From an uncultured virus (IMG/VR IMGVR_UViG_3300022753_002012) (taxonomy: Duplodnaviria > Heunggongvirae > Uroviricota > Caudoviricetes), in IMG/VR virus record IMGVR_UViG_3300022753_002012: DNA of 64,000 nt, one strand, 5' to 3'. Each line of letters opens with the position of its first letter. Within the stretch, counting starts at the first letter, position 1. Positions 43,831-53,571 of this stretch are shown here, in pieces. A program made the translations under genes and the position numbers. The notes beneath the pieces were generated by a model. It was not told the origin of the DNA. It saw only the letters and a list, made by a program, of their open reading frames with translations, and did not search any database.

Positions 43831-45828
43831 GCTATCGGATTGCTCAATGAGACCGACCATTCCGTTCTTTATCCAGTAGCGGTTTGACACCTCTTTGAGC
43901 CTGTCTCTAAGGCACCTCTCAGTAATACCGAGGTATTCCGCCATAGCTTTTGTAGTAACGGGACTCTCGTAGGAGCAAGCGCTATAGGCACTATCTATCG
44001 ATTCTCGGCGTTCCTCGGCGGTCGTATATTTCTTGTTCTTGGCGCGTGCCGCCTCAAAGCTTCCTTCGGAATGTGCCTTGCCAAGCTCACCGCTGTCATC
44101 GATGCGGTGAATGGGGTAATCAAACCAGAAGTTGACGGGCTTGAAATTTTCAAACTCACGCAGGCTTGATTCCATTCTCCAAGCGGTAGCGTTGCCGTCT
44201 TGAACCTTGTTAGAGAGATCTTCGCTAAGCTCAAGCTGAATCATATCGAGCTGTGCGTCCGGGTCTCGTGCAAACACACCGCTGCCGGAAGCGCGGTCGA
44301 TAGCCTTTTTGCCGCCTTGCGCTCCTTTGCTGTGATGATGGCAATAAATCGTAGCGCACCCCGTTTCAGCACAAATTTTGTCGAACTGATTACAAAACGC
44401 TGCCATATCCGAAGCATTGTTTTCATCTCCCGTGATAACCTTATAAATGGGGTCAATGATAACGGCGCTGTATTCGCTGTCCTTGACGCGCCGTATGAGC
44501 TTTGGCACCAACTTGTCGAGGGGAACAGCGTGTCCGCGCAAGTTCCAAATCACGATGTTGTCCATATGCTTCATTGGGATTTTCAGCGCCTCGTAGATTT
44601 TCATAAAACGATTGATACAGGAAGCAGGGTCAATCTCAAGGTTCACGTAAAGAACCCGTCCTTGTTTGCAAGGGAAGCCAAGCCAGGATTTGCCTTCCGC
44701 GAGAGCAATGCAAAGCTCCATCAAAAGGAAGGATTTCCCCGCCTTACTGCTTCCTGAAATGAGCATTTTATGTCCGCAGCGAAGGACACCTTTTATAAGC
44801 TCCTCGGGCAGAGGAGGGAGATTGTCCTTGAACTCATCGAGGGATACTAGTCCCGGCAATTCATCGGATGCACCTTCCACATAGTCGAGCCACTCGACCC
44901 AAGTCTTACGACCGATATTTTCTGCAACGATATATTGATTGTTGCCGTTGCGGGTAGCACCGGGCAAACGGGAAAGCCGTGAAGGGTTGCGGTTCTGCTT
45001 ATCTACCACAACGCCGTTCTTTTCGAGAAAATCATATAAGAACTCTACGCGCTTGCGGTATTCATCGTAGCTCTCGGCATCAACCCTCACGATAGCGTGA
45101 AGGCTCTTGCCACCGCTGTGTACGAGACACGCAATCGGCAGCTCCAGCTTTCGGTACATTGCATCTTGGTCGGCAATCGACATCGCGTCCGATTCCACCA
45201 AGGCATATTTGAACTTTGTGACATGCTCGTTTTTAACGCCTTCGCCGTTGACGGGATTAAAGCGAATCCAAGCACCGGCTTCTTTGTGCCAGTCTCCAAT
45301 GGTAGCGCCGAGATCGTCAGCGTACTTTTCAAGAGAGACAATAAGCTGTCCAGCGGTGCGGTCGTAGTAGCCTTTGCTTGAAGGCTTCCATTTGCCATCG
45401 GCATCCTCCCAAGACTCGGTAACGTAGCTAACCAGGTCATCTTTATCAAAGAGCAGGGAGAGATAGCGTTTCAGCTCCGAGGTGGGATTGAAGTTATCTT
45501 GAATGGTGGAGTAGTCGGTAAAGTCGTCTCCATCGTAAGAGATGGTATCCGACCAATCCATTACGCCGTTACCGTCAAAGGGAGTCCAACCGCGCTCCTT
45601 TGCCATTTGCACAATCGTAGCTCCCGTGATGGGAGTACCGCTTCCGTTGAAGGTGCGCCACTTGCGTTCGCATTCACCTTTCTTATATCTCTTGTCATTA
45701 CGGCTCCAAGCATCCCAGACATCCGAGGTGAATCCTTCCGCCTTGAGAGCCATGCCAACGTTAATCCATTCTTGATATGTCAAAGAGGCAACATCGATTA
45801 TTTCGAGTGCCGATAAAATATTACTCAT
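43813..45828 (-). CDS. Primase-helicase (PriCT-2 plus AAA_25/RepA-like)
   Basis: YQEWINVGMALK, HSGGKSLH, GSSKAGKS, IIDP, HHHSKG. Confidence 0.88.
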   Translation of the reverse strand: MSNILSALEIIDVASLTYQEWINVGMALKAEGFTSDVWDAWSRNDKRYKKGECERKWRTFNGSGTPITGATIVQMAKERGWTPFDGNGVMDWSDTISYDGDDFTDYSTIQDNFNPTSELKRYLSLLFDKDDLVSYVTESWEDADGKWKPSSKGYYDRTAGQLIVSLEKYADDLGATIGDWHKEAGAWIRFNPVNGEGVKNEHVTKFKYALVESDAMSIADQDAMYRKLELPIACLVHSGGKSLHAIVRVDAESYDEYRKRVEFLYDFLEKNGVVVDKQNRNPSRLSRLPGATRNGNNQYIVAENIGRKTWVEWLDYVEGASDELPGLVSLDEFKDNLPPLPEELIKGVLRCGHKMLISGSSKAGKSFLLMELCIALAEGKSWLGFPCKQGRVLYVNLEIDPASCINRFMKIYEALKIPMKHMDNIVIWNLRGHAVPLDKLVPKLIRRVKDSEYSAVIIDPIYKVITGDENNASDMAAFCNQFDKICAETGCATIYCHHHSKGAQGGKKAIDRASGSGVFARDPDAQLDMIQLELSEDLSNKVQDGNATAWRMESSLREFENFKPVNFWFDYPIHRIDDSGELGKAHSEGSFEAARAKNKKYTTAEERRESIDSAYSACSYESPVTTKAMAEYLGITERCLRDRLKEVSNRYWIKNGMVGLIEQSDSKKTEN

Positions 45829-45837
45829 AGCGCCTCC

Positions 45838-47418
45838 TTAAGGTCTGTATTTTGACGGCACGATTCCAAAGGGCACCATCCAGTTGTTCATAGCCAGGCG
45901 GGATATCATCTTGCTGGCATCCTCGAAGCTCCAAGTGCCGACTCGCACAAATCCGTAACGCTCCAAACAGCGGATCTGTTTCGGGGTAGAGAGACCTTCG
46001 TCTTGTCTGCGTTTGAGGCGGTCGATCATCATACTTGCCATACCCGTATTCGTAACGGTGTCTGCAAAGATGCCGCGATTCTCTAAAAACTGGAGTTGCT
46101 TTTCCGAAGGCGGTGCCATTTCCCACGCAAAGGTAGGGACATAGTTTGCTAGGTCTTCCGCAGCAATCGACATCGCATATTGCAGAGGGTCAACAAGCTT
46201 GCGCTTGCGACGTCTCATCTCTGCAAGCTCACGAGCAAGAGCCTCTTCGCGCTCAAGGAGCACATCACGCTCTGCCTGTTCTTCCGTTTCGATAAGGTCA
46301 TAAACGGCATTGTCCTTTTGGAGACGCTCGTCCATTCGTTTTGTAATCTTTTCATCCTTCGATATAAGGGCAGAGGGACGGCAGAGGTCGTGTCTGTCCG
46401 TCATCCAAAGGAAGTCTAAAAGCAGGAGATGATCCTTGCCGGGGGAGAGTCGCATACCGCGTCCCACCATCTGCTGATAAAGGCTTCTGACTTTGGTGGG
46501 GCGGAGAACTACAACGCAATCCACGGAAGGGCAGTCCCACCCTTCGGTGAGCAACATACTATTGCAAAGCACGTCAAAGTCGCCCTTCTCAAAGCGTTCT
46601 AAGATTTTAGCTCTGTCTTCGCTATTACCATTTACTTCGGCGGCGCGAAGTCCGTATTTATTCAGGAGCTCACAGAATTTCTGCGATGTTGCCACGAGAG
46701 GTAAAAATACAACAGTTCTTCTGCCTTCGCAGTAATGCTGCATCTCCCGTGCGATTTGATCGAGATAGGGGTCAAGGGCAGAACCGATTTCACCTACGGC
46801 GTAATCTCCGTTGGAGATGCCCACGGTGCCGATATCCAGTTCGAGAGGGATAAGCTGAGCCTTCACGGGGCAGAGGTAGCCTTCTCGGATTGCTTGGCTC
46901 ATTCCGTATTCATAAGCTTTGCTGTCAAAATATTTACCGAGGTTTCGTTGGTCGCCTCGGTCCGGCGTTGCGGTAACGCCGAGTATGTTTGCGTTGGGAA
47001 AATGCTCCAAAACGCGCTGATAGCTGTCCGATAAACAATGGTGAGCTTCGTCAACGACGATATCGGTGAAATGCTCCGCGCCAAAGCGTTCAAGTCGCTT
47101 CGGCTGTGCGAGTGATTGCACCGAACCGATTGTCACGGGAGCATTGCTTCCAATGGAGGAGCTTTCGGCTTTTTCAAGAACCGAATCCAAACCGCACACG
47201 CTTTTCAGCTTATTTGCCGCCTGATCGAGAAGCTCACCTCTGTGAGCCATAATAAGTACACGCCCGCCGTTTTCTACACGCTCTTTTGCGACCGAGGAGA
47301 AAACCACCGTTTTGCCGGTGCCTGTGGGAAGAACAAGAAGAGTCTTCCTGTTTCCCACAGACCATTCGTGCAAAATAGCATCTCTCGCCTCAGCCTGGTA
47401 AGGTCTGAGAGATATCAT
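45838..47418 (-). CDS. DEAD/DEAH-box SF2 helicase
   Basis: LRPYQ, PTGTGKT, DEAHH, TATP, QMVGRGMR. Confidence 0.93.
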   Translation of the reverse strand: MISLRPYQAEARDAILHEWSVGNRKTLLVLPTGTGKTVVFSSVAKERVENGGRVLIMAHRGELLDQAANKLKSVCGLDSVLEKAESSSIGSNAPVTIGSVQSLAQPKRLERFGAEHFTDIVVDEAHHCLSDSYQRVLEHFPNANILGVTATPDRGDQRNLGKYFDSKAYEYGMSQAIREGYLCPVKAQLIPLELDIGTVGISNGDYAVGEIGSALDPYLDQIAREMQHYCEGRRTVVFLPLVATSQKFCELLNKYGLRAAEVNGNSEDRAKILERFEKGDFDVLCNSMLLTEGWDCPSVDCVVVLRPTKVRSLYQQMVGRGMRLSPGKDHLLLLDFLWMTDRHDLCRPSALISKDEKITKRMDERLQKDNAVYDLIETEEQAERDVLLEREEALARELAEMRRRKRKLVDPLQYAMSIAAEDLANYVPTFAWEMAPPSEKQLQFLENRGIFADTVTNTGMASMMIDRLKRRQDEGLSTPKQIRCLERYGFVRVGTWSFEDASKMISRLAMNNWMVPFGIVPSKYRP

Positions 47419-47429
47419 CGGTTACCTCC

Positions 47430-47945
47430 TCAAAACGGAATATCGTCATCGGGACCGAGTTCTACAAAGCCACCGTTGTCGCCAGCGAAGAAGGTGGGGT
47501 CGTAATCGATAAAACGCTCGATATCGTTTGCAACCTTTTCTTCGCCCGCGTTGTTGGTATACTTGCGAGGCTTGAAGTGTGCGCGACCCTTGGAGCCGAC
47601 TACACGGTTCCAGTCCATAACCAGGCGCTCACCATGCTTCTTCTGACCGATGCAGCGGAAGAAGGAAGAGATACGCCACTCAAGGCTGCGGTAAAGAATG
47701 AGGTCAAATTTGACCGTGGCAATGCCGTCTGCGGTTCTTACCACGGCGGTGATGGCAGCCTTGTTACAAGCGGGGATCTTTTGGCTGCCGGGGAAACGAC
47801 CGCGCTCGAAGTTGGTGATTTCAAAATTGTAGTCGCCCTCTTCCAGGGTGATAAACTCCTGACCATCGGTCTCAATGGTGGAGTCCCAATCCATGCACAT
47901 ATCCTGTGCGGGAGCGTTGTTGGTGTTATAAGGGTTGTAAGTCAT
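47430..47945 (-). CDS. Phage ssDNA-binding protein (DUF669-like)
   Basis: LEEGDYNF; acidic DDDIPF tail. Confidence 0.75.
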   Translation of the reverse strand: MTYNPYNTNNAPAQDMCMDWDSTIETDGQEFITLEEGDYNFEITNFERGRFPGSQKIPACNKAAITAVVRTADGIATVKFDLILYRSLEWRISSFFRCIGQKKHGERLVMDWNRVVGSKGRAHFKPRKYTNNAGEEKVANDIERFIDYDPTFFAGDNGGFVELGPDDDIPF

Positions 47946-47964
47946 AATAATTTATCCTCCAAAA

Positions 47965-48900
47965 TTAGTTATTGTTGTTATGATGAATGGTGGTAACGAT
48001 GCGCTCCCAGTTGGGGAGAAGCCATCTGTTGACGAACTCTTCGGAATAGTGGTCGATGGGGGTGCTTTCGGTATAATGCCCCTTGAAGGCTACGAGCTTT
48101 TGCAGATCCGCCTCTTCAATTTCGGCTTCGCTCAGCATACGGATGATTTTGCTGATAACCTCTTCGGGCAGAGTCTGCGGCTTATTGCCCTCACCGAAAA
48201 TATGGCGGATTTTGTCGAAATCCAAATCCATCTCGTCAGCAAGACCATGTCTGTTCTTGGCATCCCAACACGGGTGATGGGTTGCGTACATAACGCGCTT
48301 GCCACCTTGCGCCTTCTTTGCGTTTGTTTCGGTGGTAACAACGTAGGTCTTGAAGTTGATAAAGAGCAGGGCATCGCACCACTCTTTGAGCAGGGGAGCG
48401 ACCTGCTTTGAGAGCTTCATCTCCCAACGGTCGTATGCACCCATTTCGTCCGGCTGTTCAAACTTACGCATCTTTGCGTGTGCCGTAACGATAACGTTGA
48501 TGCCCGACGCGATCACTGCATCCAGGGCAGCAAGCAAACGGCAGTATTCCTCGGAGAGGTAGGTGTAACCCTTGCCATAGCCGAACTCCTCAATCCCCGA
48601 CTTCTTGAATTTCGTGAGGATATAGTCGGTACACATAATTTCAGCTTTGTCTGCAGTATCCAACACGATGGTTTTGCAGATGTTCGGTGTCCGGGCGACC
48701 TCACCAAGCATTGCAAGCAGACCTTCCCAGGTGTCTGCCTTGGGGAAACGAGCTACATCCATTTGGTCGGTGCCGTTCTCCAAATCGAAGAAAACGCAGC
48801 CGCCCGCTTGGGATGCAAATGTAGATTTACCGACGCCTTCCGCGCCGTAAATAACGAGCCTTACGGGTCTGGTTCTTTGACCTCTTGTAATTTCAAGCAT
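47965..48900 (-). CDS. AAA_24/Sak4-like ATPase (ssDNA annealing)
   Basis: YGAEGVGKST, GYGKGY, EWCD, AKNR. Confidence 0.88.
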   Translation of the reverse strand: MLEITRGQRTRPVRLVIYGAEGVGKSTFASQAGGCVFFDLENGTDQMDVARFPKADTWEGLLAMLGEVARTPNICKTIVLDTADKAEIMCTDYILTKFKKSGIEEFGYGKGYTYLSEEYCRLLAALDAVIASGINVIVTAHAKMRKFEQPDEMGAYDRWEMKLSKQVAPLLKEWCDALLFINFKTYVVTTETNAKKAQGGKRVMYATHHPCWDAKNRHGLADEMDLDFDKIRHIFGEGNKPQTLPEEVISKIIRMLSEAEIEEADLQKLVAFKGHYTESTPIDHYSEEFVNRWLLPNWERIVTTIHHNNNN

Positions 48901-48913
48901 TTCTTTTCCTCCT

Positions 48914-49438
48914 TTAGCTTAACGAGCAGGACTGCTCTTTGACGATGAATGCGCCGGGAACAATAACGCCCGACTTGATGAGCTTCTTGACGTCGGTCTT
49001 ACTGACCTCTGGGTCTTTTCTGCGAACGCAAGAATCGAAGCCGTGTGTGCCGAGCCATTCGATAGCGGCTGATGCGTCCGCAACCTCAACCCTCTCCGTG
49101 GCACGGAATTTAACCGTTGCAACACCGCAATCGGTATTCTCGCCATTGCATTCACGGCGCAGAACTTCCATAATACGTTCCGCTTTGCGTTCTGCCTTTT
49201 GGCGTTTCTCCTTGAGCCTTTCCTCTTCGGCTTTTACGGCTGCCGCTTCAGAACGGCAATTCAGCACGAGCTTTGCCAGGTACTCAAGAATGCGGGAGCG
49301 TTCCATCTGCAAAGCATCGATCTCCGCCATAACGGAATCGATATCTCCCGTGATTTCACCCGTTTCCGGGTCAGGCTCCAATGAGAGGAAGAGGTTCTCA
49401 AGAGCCTCGTTGACTTCATACAGTTTCAAGCGCGTCAC
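48914..49438 (-). CDS. Siphovirus Gp157-like protein
   Basis: KLYEV..DPETGEI, KAEEERL, PEVSKTDVKKLIKSG..VPGA. Confidence 0.85.
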   Translation of the reverse strand: MTRLKLYEVNEALENLFLSLEPDPETGEITGDIDSVMAEIDALQMERSRILEYLAKLVLNCRSEAAAVKAEEERLKEKRQKAERKAERIMEVLRRECNGENTDCGVATVKFRATERVEVADASAAIEWLGTHGFDSCVRRKDPEVSKTDVKKLIKSGVIVPGAFIVKEQSCSLS

Positions 49439-49619
49439 CTCCCATCACTTCTTTGATGGCAACTTCCTCAACCGAATCGCCGGGGATGAGAATCGTCATC
49501 TTGCACGGGGCACCGAAGAGAAGTCGCATAATGCGCTCACGCATTGTGATCTTGCGAACATTGACGATGCCGCCGGGCTTTTGCTTTTTTGAAACACTGA
49601 TCGTTAAATTCTGTTTCAT
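49416..49619 (-). CDS. Conserved hypothetical phage protein
   Basis: AGGAG RBS; first gene after 42-bp motif. Confidence 0.7.
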   Translation of the reverse strand: MKQNLTISVSKKQKPGGIVNVRKITMRERIMRLLFGAPCKMTILIPGDSVEEVAIKEVMGGDALETV

Positions 49620-49655
49620 ATCGTTTACTCCTTCCGAAGGGTAAATTTTTGTGTC

Positions 49656-49697
49656 CCTTCAGTGGTAGGCCACGAAAACGATAAAAAGGGGTGGTCT
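49656..49697 (-). repeat. 42-bp direct repeat copy 2
   Basis: 37/42 identical to 10357-10398; immediately after sigma-like gene stop. Confidence 0.75.
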
Positions 49698-49698
49698 T

Positions 49699-50088
49699 TT
49701 ACAAAAATTTTTTCATTTTTTTCAGAGCACGTTCCACAGCGTCTCTCACGGAGGTTCTATCAAGCCCCTCTTCACGTGCGACTTGCGCCACAGACTTGCC
49801 TTTGAAATATACCTGGTCAATAAGGTACTGCTGACGCGGAGACAGTTTGTCCATCGCGCTTCTCAAAGCTCTGCGTTCTTCGCTTTCAATAAAGTCCTCC
49901 TCGATATTCTCGTCTGAGGAGATAAGGTTTCCATATGTATCGTAGGCTTCCAGGGAACAGTTGTGCCTGCGTTGACGGTGGTCGGAGTTGTAGTCCTGCC
50001 TATCCAGTTCAACGATAACGTTGCCAATGTCCTCCGTAACCTCGACCTCGGAAATGGTGCCGTCTGCGAATGTGTACTTGATTTTCAT
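49699..50088 (-). CDS. Sigma-70 region-4 domain protein (phage sigma-like factor)
   Basis: LRSAMDKLSPRQQYLI..YFKGKSVAQVAREEG.DRTSV..AVERALKK. Confidence 0.85.
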   Translation of the reverse strand: MKIKYTFADGTISEVEVTEDIGNVIVELDRQDYNSDHRQRRHNCSLEAYDTYGNLISSDENIEEDFIESEERRALRSAMDKLSPRQQYLIDQVYFKGKSVAQVAREEGLDRTSVRDAVERALKKMKKFL

Positions 50089-50090
50089 AA

Positions 50091-50383
50091 TGTGTCCTTT
50101 CCGCCATGACGCGGGTGGGGCGGAAGGATACAAAAAGAGCCGATGCCTTTGATGCAGTACCGGCTCAGCCTAAAATGGGCATGACAAAGCACGGTGGGTA
50201 CATCAAGTTCAAAAAACAGCTAAAGCTGAAATTGACTCTTTATGTATCCCGCCGCCTTAATGCGCATCTCAGGCTTTTGAGATTATTTTTATTGAGCTTT
50301 CGCTCTTGTTTCTAAGTAAAAAGAAAAGCCGACACAAAACACTCCTGGGATAGTACTATCCCGTAGGAATGCTCGTGCCGGCT
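50091..50383 (-). promoter_or_regulatory. Structured leader of sigma-like gene
   Basis: At least five hairpins, two followed by T-runs, the last occluding the RBS; perfect palindrome GGGATAGTACTATCCC. Confidence 0.5.
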
Positions 50384-50455
50384 GAAACTCGCTTGGTTTC
50401 GCTCGTCTTGAGCAATATTTATTTTATGTGAAAGTGTGTCACTCGCTTGGTGTCA

Positions 50456-50653
50456 CTACTTGGCTTCACTTGTTTCTGCAGTTTTGGCTACCTCGGTCAT
50501 AAGGGCTCCGATTGGAACCACTTCGACCTCGTCCCCTTTGGGGCGCTTAATACGGATGGCATATTCGCCGGATTCCGTTTTTACCGCTTCGCCAATAGGA
50601 ATATGGCATTGAGGGGTGTAAACCATTCTTTTTTTAGCTTTGAATTTTGTCAT
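50456..50653 (-). CDS. Small hypothetical protein
   Basis: AAGGAGG RBS, ATG 50653. Confidence 0.6.
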   Translation of the reverse strand: MTKFKAKKRMVYTPQCHIPIGEAVKTESGEYAIRIKRPKGDEVEVVPIGALMTEVAKTAETSEAK

Positions 50654-50691
50654 CCAGTTCCTCCTTAGATTTCTACTATGCAATACGTCTG

Positions 50692-51936
50692 TTAATGATA
50701 CATTTGGCTTGGCATTTTTACCTTGTCCCGTCCGTCAATCGGCATTTTAAGATCACCCAGCAAAGAGCCATATGTAAGCGCTGCCTTTCCATATCTGCTA
50801 CGTATTTCCTCTACGCAATCTTCAAGGCGTTCACGGCGTTCACGGTGTTCGTTGTCGATAAAGAGAGATAATTGTTCCGATTCGTGGACGGAAACAAGAT
50901 CGATTGCACGGACGCTAACGGCGCGCACGGGGCAAGTCCATTTGTAATTTGCCTTAAAGGTGTGGAAAGCTGCTGTTGCTATTTCAGAAGGGAGCTGTGT
51001 CCTAAAAGGTAATTTTGATTGGAACTGTGATCCGTAAAGATCGTTACTCCGAACCGACACTTGAACGGTTCGCGCGGAAAGTCCATGCAAACGCAAACGA
51101 TGACCGATATCTTGTGTTAAGGATAGAATCACCTTCCATACCTCTTCTTCATTGACAAGGTCGGCAACGCAAGTAATCCCGTGTCCTACGGATTTAACGG
51201 GTGAAACGAAGTCACGATGCATTACCCTAGATGCGTCCTTGCCGTTTGCGTAAGTCCATAAAGCATAACCATTTACGCCAAGAAGCTGTTGTATGAATTT
51301 TGGATCAGTCTGTGCTAACTGACCGATGGTATAGATGCCTATGCGATTCAGCTTTTTCGTAGTTGCTGAGCCACAATAAATCAGTTCGCTACAAGGCAAT
51401 CCCCATATTTTCTCTTTGAAGGACGCCTCGTCGATTTCTGTGATGGCATCGGGCTTTTTCATATCACTTCCCAGCTTGGCGAATATTTTATTAAAAGAAA
51501 CGCCAATTGAAACGGTTAGCCCCAATTCTTCTCGAACTGTCGTGCGGATGCTTTCGGCAATGGTCATCGGATCGCCGCAAGCATTTCTGCTACCTGAAAC
51601 ATCCAGCCAACACTCGTCCATACCGAAGGGTTCAATAAGGTCGGTGTATCTGCTGTATATGGCTTGCGTCAGCTTGGAATATTTAAGGTACTGGTCGTAT
51701 TGAGGGGGAACAATGATGAGGTCTTTACAGAGACGTTGCGCTTCCCAATTTACCATTCCCGTTTTTATGCCCGCTTTTTTAGCAAGCTCAGATTTTGCAA
51801 GAACGATGCCGTGCCTATCCTCGGTTGAGCCGCACACCGCTACGGCTTTTCCACGGAGCCTGGGGTCAAGCATCATCTCGACAGATGCATAAAAACAATT
51901 GAGGTCGCTATGCAAAATGGCTCTGGTTGACGTCAA
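50692..51936 (-). CDS. dinB: Y-family DNA polymerase IV
   Basis: HSDLNCFYASVE, GMDECWLD, AKLGSDMKKPD; TTG start after GGAGGTG. Confidence 0.92.
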   Translation of the reverse strand: MTSTRAILHSDLNCFYASVEMMLDPRLRGKAVAVCGSTEDRHGIVLAKSELAKKAGIKTGMVNWEAQRLCKDLIIVPPQYDQYLKYSKLTQAIYSRYTDLIEPFGMDECWLDVSGSRNACGDPMTIAESIRTTVREELGLTVSIGVSFNKIFAKLGSDMKKPDAITEIDEASFKEKIWGLPCSELIYCGSATTKKLNRIGIYTIGQLAQTDPKFIQQLLGVNGYALWTYANGKDASRVMHRDFVSPVKSVGHGITCVADLVNEEEVWKVILSLTQDIGHRLRLHGLSARTVQVSVRSNDLYGSQFQSKLPFRTQLPSEIATAAFHTFKANYKWTCPVRAVSVRAIDLVSVHESEQLSLFIDNEHRERRERLEDCVEEIRSRYGKAALTYGSLLGDLKMPIDGRDKVKMPSQMYH

Positions 51937-51960
51937 AATAATCACCTCCTCAAAAAAACT

Positions 51961-52110
51961 GAACTTTTTTATAAAAAAATTGAACTTACCTATTGACAAA
52001 AGTTCGTGTCTGCTGTATAATAGGCTTACAAGTTCACCACAAGTTCGCATTTATTATAACACCTCGAAAACGATTTGTCAATAGGAAAATGGAACTTTTG
52101 TAGAACTTTT
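51961..52110. promoter_or_regulatory. Genetic switch: face-to-face promoters and multiple operator half-sites
   Basis: TTGACA-17-TATAAT on + (51993-52021) and on - (52081-52053); seven GAACTT/AAGTTC. Confidence 0.75.
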
Positions 52111-52149
52111 ATAGAATTTTCATTTTTTGAAGAAGGAGTGTATATTGAG

Positions 52150-52581
52150 ATGAAGTCTTTTGCAGAAAAGATTCGAGACGCTAGAAATGAACTCCGATTG
52201 ACCCAGCATCAGTTGGGAGAAAAGACCGGAGTATCCGTGCGCTCGATATTGGCGTATGAGAGAGGAGAGAAGAAACCCCGCCAAGCCATGCTGTTAAAAC
52301 TTGCAAAAGCGCTTAATGTTTCAACAAAATATCTTGCAGATGATACTTGCACTGACCCGCAGGCAGACATCGAGATGGATGATTATATTGAGGAAGCACA
52401 TGGGCGCTATGGTATGGACGGCGTTCGTGATATCAATAATCTTCTTGCACAGAACCAGGCATTATTTGCCGGTGGAGAATTGTCGCAAGACCAAAAGGAT
52501 GCATTCTTCCAGGCAGTAATGGAAGCATATGTTCTTTGCAAAGAAGGAGCAAAAGAAACTTACGGTAGAAAGAAGAAATAA
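52150..52581 (+). CDS. XRE-family repressor (ImmR/CI-like)
   Basis: FAEKIRDARNELRLTQHQLGEKTGVSVRSILAYERG; upstream of ImmA-like gene. Confidence 0.88.
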   Translation: MKSFAEKIRDARNELRLTQHQLGEKTGVSVRSILAYERGEKKPRQAMLLKLAKALNVSTKYLADDTCTDPQADIEMDDYIEEAHGRYGMDGVRDINNLLAQNQALFAGGELSQDQKDAFFQAVMEAYVLCKEGAKETYGRKKK

Positions 52582-52617
52582 TATGTCCGTAAAATCCTTA
52601 ATGGAAGGAGGGCGAGT

Positions 52618-53172
52618 ATGTACTACGGAGATATTGTTGATGCCGTAAAAAGGGTGAAACGACAATACGGCGAGCGCGATCCTTTTCGTCTCTGCCGCGC
52701 AATGGGTATTATTTTAAACTTCGTATCGTTGGGTACGGCTGAAGATGCTATCAAAGGCTTCTTCGTATATAGTAACCGAAAGGGCGTTATAACAATTAAT
52801 AGTGATTTACCATTGGTAATTCAACGCATTATCTGCGCCCACGAAATCGGACACTATGTTTTACATAAAAAAAGGAAGGCTTGCGCTTTCCACGAAGTCG
52901 GTCTTTACGATGAATCGGTTGAATGTGAAAAGGAAGCGAATTTCTTTTCTGCAGAATATTTGCTTGAGGACAATGAGGTTTTTGAGACTCTGCGTCGGGA
53001 TACCACATTTTTCTCGACAGCCGCGATTTTGATGGTGCCGTTTGAACTGCTAGATTTCAAGTTCCGCGTTATGAAGTGGAAGGGATATCAGCTTATCGAA
53101 CCGCCCGTCCATGCAAGCAGTAAATTTTTGCGGGATATGGAGGTGCCTTCGGATGCAGACTTTTACGACTAA
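52618..53172 (+). CDS. ImmA/IrrE-family metallopeptidase (antirepressor)
   Basis: DPFRLC, CAHEIGH (HEXXH), EKEANFFSAEYL. Confidence 0.9.
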   Translation: MYYGDIVDAVKRVKRQYGERDPFRLCRAMGIILNFVSLGTAEDAIKGFFVYSNRKGVITINSDLPLVIQRIICAHEIGHYVLHKKRKACAFHEVGLYDESVECEKEANFFSAEYLLEDNEVFETLRRDTTFFSTAAILMVPFELLDFKFRVMKWKGYQLIEPPVHASSKFLRDMEVPSDADFYD

Positions 53173-53440
53173 ATCTCCCAAAGTATATGTTGCCGTCCGC
53201 GCGGAGTTTGACGAAGATGGCATTATGTTCCCCAAAGAAATAACGTGGGAAGATGGAGAAAAATTCGAGATAGATCGTGTGCTTGATATTCGTCAAGCTC
53301 CTGCACTCAAAGCCGGAGGGCAGGGTGATAGATATACAATTATGGTAAAAGGGCAACAGAGTTACCTGTTTTTTGAGCGTAGTTGCAACCTAACCGGAAA
53401 CGTTATAGGAAGATGGTTTGTAGAACGCAAGAATGCCTGA
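53153..53440 (+). CDS. Conserved hypothetical protein, possible Y-polymerase accessory
   Basis: GGAGGTG RBS; WEDGEKFEIDRV, KAGGQGDRY, WFVE. Confidence 0.7.
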   Translation: MQTFTTKSPKVYVAVRAEFDEDGIMFPKEITWEDGEKFEIDRVLDIRQAPALKAGGQGDRYTIMVKGQQSYLFFERSCNLTGNVIGRWFVERKNA

Positions 53441-53486
53441 ACCCAAACAAATATGTGGTGTCGGTGAAAAATGACACTACAAGTTT

Positions 53487-53514
53487 AAGGTGTAGCGTAA
53501 TAGCTACACCTTTT
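53487..53514 (+). terminator. Hairpin/terminator
   Basis: AAGGTGTAGC/GCTACACCTT then TT. Confidence 0.6.
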
Positions 53515-53571
53515 GCTTTACAAAATGGTTTTTCTGTGATATAATATAGTCACTACAATAGAGGGAGTGTA

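Larger units (their letters stand above)
6838..53440 (-). mobile_element. Siphovirus-type prophage with dual serine recombinases; exact att ends not found, right end may extend further
   Basis: Complete ordered modules: integration, lysis, tail, HK97-type head, terminases/HNH, replication, repressor/antirepressor. Confidence 0.92.

Noticed and set aside
10357..49697. 42-bp repeats as attL/attR
   Set aside because: They exclude the integrases and repressor and sit at operon starts; serine integrase sites have very short shared cores
51961..52110. LexA SOS boxes
   Set aside because: GAAC/GTTC half-sites do not form GAAC-N4-GTTC; more likely operators of the local repressor
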